Origin: Candidatus Marinacidobacterales bacterium
Lineage (GTDB): Bacteria; Acidobacteriota; Vicinamibacteria; Marinacidobacterales; DATDRI01
Length of the DNA stretch: 64,000 nucleotides
Assembly (NCBI GenBank): GCA_965226495.1
Contig: OZ245365.1
Span: forward strand, 1,184,001-1,248,000
Direction: 5' to 3'
The translations under genes were made by a program, and so were the position numbers. This document shows positions 57,873 through 64,000 of this stretch, piece by piece (position 1 is the stretch's first letter; every line of letters begins with the position of its first letter). The notes below the pieces were generated by a model that made no database searches, was not told the DNA's origin, and saw nothing but the letters and a program-made list of their open reading frames with translations.

Positions 57873-58322
57873 ATGAAAATTCTAGTCATAACCATAATCC
57901 TAGCGATGGCGTGTATCTTGATGGCGGCCGTCCCGTCGTTTTCGGGTGAAGCTCCGCCGGTTTCTGGGCAAGTCACCTTTCTTTACTACGAGGACCTCGA
58001 GCGCGCGGGAAAGTTCTATGGCGAGACCCTGGGTTTGAAAGTCACGCTCGACCTCGATTGGGTCAAGATGTACGAAACCTCACCCGGCTCTATCGTAGGG
58101 CTGGTCAGTGCTACCGGAGGCGCGCACCGCCCGTCAGAGGATAAGCCGGTGATGGTGAGTCTCGTCGTCGAGGACGCCGACGCTTGGCACGCCTACTTGA
58201 AAAAGCAGGGCGTCGATGTGCCGAATGCGCCCAAGGACAGCACCAAGGTCAACGTGCGCTCCTTTGGATTCAAGGACCCCGAGGGGTACACCCTCGAAGT
58301 CTTCCAGTGGCTCAAGGAGTAG
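57873..58322 (+). CDS. Secreted VOC/glyoxalase-family protein
   Basis: DLERAGKFYGETLGL and FKDPEGYTLEV motifs. Confidence 0.85.
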   Translation: MKILVITIILAMACILMAAVPSFSGEAPPVSGQVTFLYYEDLERAGKFYGETLGLKVTLDLDWVKMYETSPGSIVGLVSATGGAHRPSEDKPVMVSLVVEDADAWHAYLKKQGVDVPNAPKDSTKVNVRSFGFKDPEGYTLEVFQWLKE

Positions 58323-58331
58323 ATGCGTTCG

Positions 58332-60764
58332 CTAATACGCTGGCTCGAGATCGCCGTCCTCGGTTCGCTCCCAAGGGGTCCAAGCCAGAGCCAGTCGGCT
58401 GACGGCAATATCGGACTTCCGAGGTCGAATCAGAATCTCTTCCAACTCTAGCGCCGCGGGGTCGGGGAGCTCTCGAAGCGCTTCGACCTCTTCCTCGAAG
58501 GCCTCCTCCAGCTCCTGCAGTTTCATCTGTTGACGCTCGACTTCTTTTTCCGCCCGCGAGATGTCTCCTTTTTCTCGCGCCGCCCGGCCCGCGGAGCGAG
58601 CCGTAGTCGTGGCGCGGCCCACGTTGCCAGTGCTCGTCACCTTGCGGCCGAGGAGAGCTCCAAGAAGCGTCGCGCCGAAAGAGACTGCGGCCTGGTATTT
58701 CCGTTCGGTGTATTGCCCCTTCTCTCTGTCCACGCGTTCTTCGGCCTTCCGGATCCTTTCTTGGAGGCGAGCCAGCTTGGGGGCGTAGCGCTTTCGGAGT
58801 TTCTCGATTTCCTTATCTCTTTTCTCGCGGAGGGCCTGCGATAGTCGCGTTCTAAACGCAGCCTGATCCTCGCCGACCCGCGACATCGTTCGCAGCTCTG
58901 CGCTCTTCCACAAGGTGAGCGTTCGGTTCTGGTAGAAGTAATTGCGAAGGGACGTGCTCCAGCGGATGTAGTTCTTGGTTTGCATGGCGGTGGCAGGTAG
59001 CTTCGCGAAGCGCACACCCTCGACGCCCGTTTTCTGAAGAGAAGGTTGCTGGCCTTTTTGCAGTGCCCCCTGGTCCCAATCCAAATCGGACTTGCTGCTT
59101 GAAAGCGGGAGGAGCGCCGAGAGTGTCTCCCAGTGGTCGATTTTGCTCCGAGCGCTGACGTAATGGAGGCGCGTGGTTGCCCGCAAGGCCGGCCGATAGA
59201 TGAGACGGCTCGCTTCTGCGGTGCCCTCGCGGAGAGGGAGGAACCCCTGGGGGATTTCGCGCGGGACAATGGGACTCTCGGCCCGAACGGTCCCCGGGCG
59301 TTGTTTTCGCGGTTTTGGTTCGCCGGCCAGCTCGGCTTTCTTGCGCCGCGCCATCAGCGCTTCGATCTGAGTCCTGGTTAGAGGTCCCCTCAAGTACGAC
59401 AGTGCCCAGCGCGTCTGAAAAAGAGTGGGCTCGTCTTCGTGCACGTTGTGCATCAGGAACACCCTCTTTCCTAAACCAGCCAAAAGCTGTTCCGTCTTCC
59501 TCCGATCGAATCGTTTGCCACCCGATGCCCCTTCGAGCCCATTGATGACGCGTTCTTTGTCACGCTCCGTCTGAAGCCTTCCGAGGAACCAGGTTCCGAT
59601 GTTCGATAGTCCCTTGTAGTCCAGATCGACGGGGTTCTGGGTCGCAAGAAGCACGCCGAGACCGTACGCTCGCGCCTGCTTGAGAAGGGTGAGCATGGGG
59701 AGCTTGGAGGGTGGAACGGCGGTCGGCGGGAAGTAGCCGAAGATCTCGTCCATATAAAGAATGGCTCGGAGGCTACCCGTCCCAGGGAGGGTCCTCATCC
59801 ATGCGATCACTTCGTTCAGCAGCATGCTTACGAAAAACATACGTTCCGCGTCCGACAAGTGGGCGATCGAAAAGATCGAATGCCGTGGGTGTCCCTCCGA
59901 CGTGTAGAGCAGACGATGTATGTCGAGCGGCTCGCCTTTTCTCCAGACCTCGAAGGCCGGTGAAGCCAGAAGGTTGTTGAGCTGCATCGCGAGCTCGCGC
60001 CGATCTTTCGAGGGGAAGAATGACTCCAGATCCATCACCCCCATTTTTTCGAACGGCGGCTCCTGGATGCTGCGGATGAGGCTCGCGACATCCATGTCAC
60101 GGCCTTGGCGCCACGCTTCTTCGAGGAGCTTCGACAAGAGAATATGCTCGCGGCTGCGGATCGGGTCGGCTTTCGCGCCGGTCAGCCCGAGCAAGCCGAG
60201 CAGGCCCGAGACGGCGGTGAGGATGCGTTCCCGAAGCGCATCGGAATCCTTCACTTGGTCCGCGGGTGGGGCGGTGAAGGAACGGAGCATCGAAAGGGGC
60301 AGGCCCGCCTCGCTGCCGGGAGTGTAGATGGCGAGGTCGACGGAGCCGCGGAATTTCTTGATGCGATTTCGATTTTGCCCCCAGTCCGCTAGGCCGCTCT
60401 GCCATTTCTCGGCCGTCTGCGCGGCGTAGGTATCTGGGTCGACTCCCTTGCGGCTGGCCTCGCTCTCGTCGATCCAGGGCCTGAAGTCGGCAGGTCGAAG
60501 CTTGGGGAAACTGAGTAACAGATTACCCATGTCGCCCTTGGGGTCGATGATGAGGGCGGGGATACCGTCGATCGCGGCTTCTTCGAGGAGCACCACCGAT
60601 AACCCGGTCTTGCCGCTGCCGGTCATGCCCACGATAAGGCCATGGGTCGTTAGGTCCTTGGTGTCATAAAGTAGTGGGAGGAGCGGTTCGTCGCTCGACG
60701 CCTTTTCCTCCACGTCGTAACGGCGACCCAGGTAGAACGCACCCAACTTTTCTAAATCGTTCAC
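58332..60764 (-). CDS. HerA/FtsK-like P-loop ATPase with C-terminal coiled coil
   Basis: GMTGSGKT, IDPKGD, YMDEIFG and LATQNPVD motifs. Confidence 0.85.
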   Translation of the reverse strand: MNDLEKLGAFYLGRRYDVEEKASSDEPLLPLLYDTKDLTTHGLIVGMTGSGKTGLSVVLLEEAAIDGIPALIIDPKGDMGNLLLSFPKLRPADFRPWIDESEASRKGVDPDTYAAQTAEKWQSGLADWGQNRNRIKKFRGSVDLAIYTPGSEAGLPLSMLRSFTAPPADQVKDSDALRERILTAVSGLLGLLGLTGAKADPIRSREHILLSKLLEEAWRQGRDMDVASLIRSIQEPPFEKMGVMDLESFFPSKDRRELAMQLNNLLASPAFEVWRKGEPLDIHRLLYTSEGHPRHSIFSIAHLSDAERMFFVSMLLNEVIAWMRTLPGTGSLRAILYMDEIFGYFPPTAVPPSKLPMLTLLKQARAYGLGVLLATQNPVDLDYKGLSNIGTWFLGRLQTERDKERVINGLEGASGGKRFDRRKTEQLLAGLGKRVFLMHNVHEDEPTLFQTRWALSYLRGPLTRTQIEALMARRKKAELAGEPKPRKQRPGTVRAESPIVPREIPQGFLPLREGTAEASRLIYRPALRATTRLHYVSARSKIDHWETLSALLPLSSSKSDLDWDQGALQKGQQPSLQKTGVEGVRFAKLPATAMQTKNYIRWSTSLRNYFYQNRTLTLWKSAELRTMSRVGEDQAAFRTRLSQALREKRDKEIEKLRKRYAPKLARLQERIRKAEERVDREKGQYTERKYQAAVSFGATLLGALLGRKVTSTGNVGRATTTARSAGRAAREKGDISRAEKEVERQQMKLQELEEAFEEEVEALRELPDPAALELEEILIRPRKSDIAVSRLALAWTPWERTEDGDLEPAY

Positions 60765-60871
60765 CGATACCTCCGGACGACAGGCAGGTACCATACTCCG
60801 ATCTGCGGCTCGATTTGTAGTGCCTGGTGATGTAGTCTTCCTCTGCAACGGGGGAGGTCCAAACTCCAGTC

Positions 60872-61687
60872 ATGCGTGTCGCTGCTGTCCAAATGTGCTC
60901 CACCAACAATCGAGAGGCGAATCTCGAGAAGGCGCGCGGCTTGATGGAAGAAGCCGTTCTTGCCGGCGCCCAGGTGGTTGCGCTTCCTGAGAATTTCTCC
61001 TTTATCGGTGACGAGGGCGAACAGGTTCGCGTCGCCGAAGACGATTCGGGCCCGAGCGTCCAGTTCTTGAGAGTCTTCGCCGCCGAACATCGTGTGCACG
61101 TGGTCGGGGGTAGCGTGTCACTCAGGACGGAAAACCCATCCAAAGTTACCAACACCTGTCTGGTTTATAACCCGGAAGGGGACTTGGTAGCCCGCTACGA
61201 CAAGATGCACTTGTTCGATGTGAGCGTCGACAAGCAGCACAACTTCAGGGAGTCTAGCTACGTCGAAGCGGGGAAATCCATCGTGACCGTCGAAGTGTTC
61301 AACCACGTCGTGGGGTTAACGATCTGTTACGATCTTCGATTCCCCGAGCTCTATCGAGCACTGGCGCTCCGCGGGGCGGAGATTCTTTTCGTCCCCGCTG
61401 CGTTCACCGTTCCCACGGGTAAGGACCACTGGGAAACGCTGCTTCGCGCGCGAGCCATCGAGAACCAGTGTTACGTCGTGGCTCCCGCTCAGTTCGGTCA
61501 GCACAGTGAACGCCGTGCCAGCTTCGGGCGGACGATGGTCGTCGATCCCTGGGGACAGATTCTAGGCCAATGTCAAGACAAAGAGACTGCGCTCGTCTGT
61601 GATATCGATTTCGAGCTCCTGAAGGACATTCGTTACCGGCTCCCATCTTTAGAGCACGCTCGCCGCGGCAAGATTGGAGTATCGTGA
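60872..61687 (+). CDS. Carbon-nitrogen hydrolase (Nit1/deaminated glutathione amidase-like)
   Basis: LPENF, YDKMHLFD, ICYDLRFPE and RARAIENQ motifs. Confidence 0.93.
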   Translation: MRVAAVQMCSTNNREANLEKARGLMEEAVLAGAQVVALPENFSFIGDEGEQVRVAEDDSGPSVQFLRVFAAEHRVHVVGGSVSLRTENPSKVTNTCLVYNPEGDLVARYDKMHLFDVSVDKQHNFRESSYVEAGKSIVTVEVFNHVVGLTICYDLRFPELYRALALRGAEILFVPAAFTVPTGKDHWETLLRARAIENQCYVVAPAQFGQHSERRASFGRTMVVDPWGQILGQCQDKETALVCDIDFELLKDIRYRLPSLEHARRGKIGVS

Positions 61688-61708
61688 AACGGTTGATGGG
61701 TCGTGTCT

Positions 61709-62833
61709 ATGGCACTGAGTCTCACTGATCGACAAGCCAAGACCGTCGCCGCCGCCATCACCATCCTCTCGGTGGTTGTCATCCTCGTTGCGGTCGGCGC
61801 TTTCTTCTGGCTGGTCTCCTGGTTTCTTCGCTCATTCTCGGTCGTTTTCCTTCCCTTAGCGGTGGGAGGCATTGCGGCGCTGGTGTGCCGACCCTACTAC
61901 GACTGGCTTCGCCAGCGTCTGCGTCTTCCCGGTGCCGTCGCCTTGGTAGCCATCCTCCTGTCATGGCTGGTTCCGGTGGGTGCATTTCTGTGGTTCTTCG
62001 GGGCCATCGCGGTCGAGCAGTTGGTCGGATTGGTGGAGCAGCTGCCAGATTGGTGGGCGCAGTTTCAGGTTTTTGTGAAAGAGCGTTGGCCCCGCGTGGT
62101 GGGATTCATGGAGAACAATCCCTGGGGACAGCGGATCCGAGAAGCTCTAGAAGGACAAGAGGAGAACGTTTTGGAGGGGCTTCAAATCTTCGGCCAGGGT
62201 GCGATCACCGCCGGCCGTGGCTTGGTTCGTGGGGTGGGAGCTCTCTTCGGCTGGGCTGTGTTGCCTGTCTACTTCGCTTTCTTTCTGATGACGCCGACTC
62301 GTTTCGACGCGGCGCAGCTTCTGCCGTTTTTGAAAGAGGAGACCCGAAAAGACGTTGTCTATCTCATCAAGGAGTTCGTCGACATCGTCGTGGCATTCTT
62401 TCGAGGGCAGCTCCTTATCGCGTTCCTCCAGGGCTTGCTCTTCGCGCTCGGGTTCAGCATCGTCGGCCTGAAGTACGGCTTCGTTTTGGGATTGATGTTG
62501 GGCTTGCTGAACGTCATACCTTATCTGGGAAGTATCATCGGGCTGAGCATTACTCTTCCCCTCTCGCTTTTCCAGCCGGGAGGCGGCACGCAGACGCTGC
62601 TCGGAGTTGTCGTAGTTTATGTCGTCGTGCAGCTCATCGAGGGCTACGTCCTTACCCCAAGAATCATGGGCGACCGCACCGGGCTTCCCGCCATCGCCAT
62701 CATCATCGCCATTTTCTTTTGGGGCACGGCGCTCGGCGGAATACTGGGAATGATCCTCGCCATTCCTCTCACCGCATTTCTCGCCTCTTTGTGGCGGCTG
62801 GTCAAGGATAAGTACATCACCGAGCTCGTTTGA
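61709..62833 (+). CDS. AI-2E family transporter
   Basis: FFRGQ, IPYLG, EGYVLTPRIMG and GMILAIPL motifs. Confidence 0.9.
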   Translation: MALSLTDRQAKTVAAAITILSVVVILVAVGAFFWLVSWFLRSFSVVFLPLAVGGIAALVCRPYYDWLRQRLRLPGAVALVAILLSWLVPVGAFLWFFGAIAVEQLVGLVEQLPDWWAQFQVFVKERWPRVVGFMENNPWGQRIREALEGQEENVLEGLQIFGQGAITAGRGLVRGVGALFGWAVLPVYFAFFLMTPTRFDAAQLLPFLKEETRKDVVYLIKEFVDIVVAFFRGQLLIAFLQGLLFALGFSIVGLKYGFVLGLMLGLLNVIPYLGSIIGLSITLPLSLFQPGGGTQTLLGVVVVYVVVQLIEGYVLTPRIMGDRTGLPAIAIIIAIFFWGTALGGILGMILAIPLTAFLASLWRLVKDKYITELV

Positions 62834-63169
62834 GTCGTGCCTTTGGATATGGGCCCGATGAACCGCGACAGGGATTCGGAACCGACCAGGGTGAAGGACC
62901 CAGAGTCGAGTTCAAGGTGTCACTTCGCTTTGACTCGGGGGTCCAGAGGGCGCGAGCACGGGAGGAAGACCCTTGGCAGCGATTCCTATAACGACCTTCT
63001 CCGTGGTTTTCTTCGTGCTGACGTTTGTGGCGTGGCGGCGTTATCTCTGCGCTGCGGAAAAGGGGCCGCGCGGGCAGGTGGATGAACCTGGCCCTGAGCT
63101 ACGCCGATTACTTCGACCTCATTCCGGCGCCTCTCCGTCTCTCTACGTCAGGTACGTCACGGATCCGAG

Positions 63170-63631
63170 TCAGTCCAACACTTTCTCGTCACCTACGAAA
63201 CTGACGAACCGCCAGCCGTCTTCGGTCCGGGTCAGGACGTCGGTGGAGCGACCGACCGCGGTCTCCCGCTCGCCGTCGCTGTATTCGGTGATGGTCGTGT
63301 GGAAGTAGTGGATGACCGCGGTGTCCCCCGTAACGACGATCCCGACCGGCGCGAGGTCCTGCGCCACAATTTTGAAACGGCCGGCCTCGGCAGCGATGAA
63401 GCGCGCGGCGTCCGTCTTGTCAAGCGGCATCGGCGATTCGTTCGGCCAGGCCTGGAACGAAGGATGGAGCAACTCCATCCACGCCTCGTCCCCGGCCTTC
63501 TCCAGGTCCCACTGCTTGGAGATGATCTGCCAGACTTCAAGCTGCTCTGCTGACCACTCCTGCCCCTGCACCGGCAGCGCCGGCAGGGCGAGGACACACG
63601 TCACGCACACGAGTAAGAAAACCTGTTTCAT
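63170..63631 (-). CDS. Secreted NTF2-like (DUF4440) protein
   Basis: Signal peptide; GDTAVIHY..GRSTDVLTRTEDGWRF. Confidence 0.8.
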   Translation of the reverse strand: MKQVFLLVCVTCVLALPALPVQGQEWSAEQLEVWQIISKQWDLEKAGDEAWMELLHPSFQAWPNESPMPLDKTDAARFIAAEAGRFKIVAQDLAPVGIVVTGDTAVIHYFHTTITEYSDGERETAVGRSTDVLTRTEDGWRFVSFVGDEKVLD

Positions 63632-63709
63632 CGTTTCTCCTCCTTCTTGATCGAACCGGCGAATGTTACTGCAGAGAGCGTGGTGCCCGCAATGATGAGA
63701 GCTGAGCGC

Positions 63710-64000
63710 TTACCGGTCGGTTGTCTTTTCCTTCTTATGCTTCTCGTGGAGTTCGATGTTGGTCAGGCGAACCGGGTCCTGGCCGTACCGCTCAACGGTG
63801 AGCTGGTTCTTAGCCTTGTCGTAACTTAGCTTGACTCCCACGAGCAACTGACCCTTCCCCTTCTCTTTCTTCTTCCCCTCTTCGGCTTGCACGGGCATTT
63901 CGTAGGAGATGGCGGAGATATCGTAGTCCGTCGACCATCCCTGATTGAGGGCTTCGGCGAACCCGATAGGCCGATCGGTGACGATGACGATCTTTTCCTT
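63710..64000 (-). CDS. Hypothetical protein, 5' part outside the window
   Basis: Frame is open from the window edge: KEKIVIVTDRPIGFAEA..ERYGQDPVRLTNI. Confidence 0.65.
   Translation of the reverse strand, partial: KEKIVIVTDRPIGFAEALNQGWSTDYDISAISYEMPVQAEEGKKKEKGKGQLLVGVKLSYDKAKNQLTVERYGQDPVRLTNIELHEKHKKEKTTDR

Noticed and set aside
58332-60764. HerA ATPase as an anti-phage system
   Set aside because: No adjacent nuclease or Sir2 partner; the neighbours are ordinary metabolic genes.

Overview
A GC-rich bacterial window whose gene content suggests an Acidobacteriota-like organism (inference). The backbone includes pgk-tpiA-secG-tRNA-Leu(GAG), bioF, msrB, gpmA and sahR-ahcY. It also carries a TPP-riboswitch TonB receptor-pnuC-NadR-kinase operon and a cobalamin-riboswitch btuBFDC-pduO-cobQSCU salvage operon. 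Three signals are missed by the ORF track. (1) A secreted heavy-metal-associated (HMA/MerP-like) protein has its GMTCxxC motif encoded as ATG-ACG-TGA-GGG-TTG-TGA, a probable double-selenocysteine UxxU site. Two tandem SECIS-like hairpins follow it, and it lies downstream of a 3-Cys MerR and its long-spacer promoter. (2) A MetE-like (methionine synthase II family) gene has TGA exactly at the zinc-ligand Cys (H-L-U-R-G-N), followed by a SECIS-like hairpin. (3) Four cargo modules (about 2-4 kb each, no integrase in the window) sit downstream of tRNA-Leu, each bounded by a copy of the tRNA 3' end. Several single-base frameshifts and an imperfect duplication inside merR suggest imperfect consensus quality. 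All calls come from reading motifs by eye; no database searches were run.
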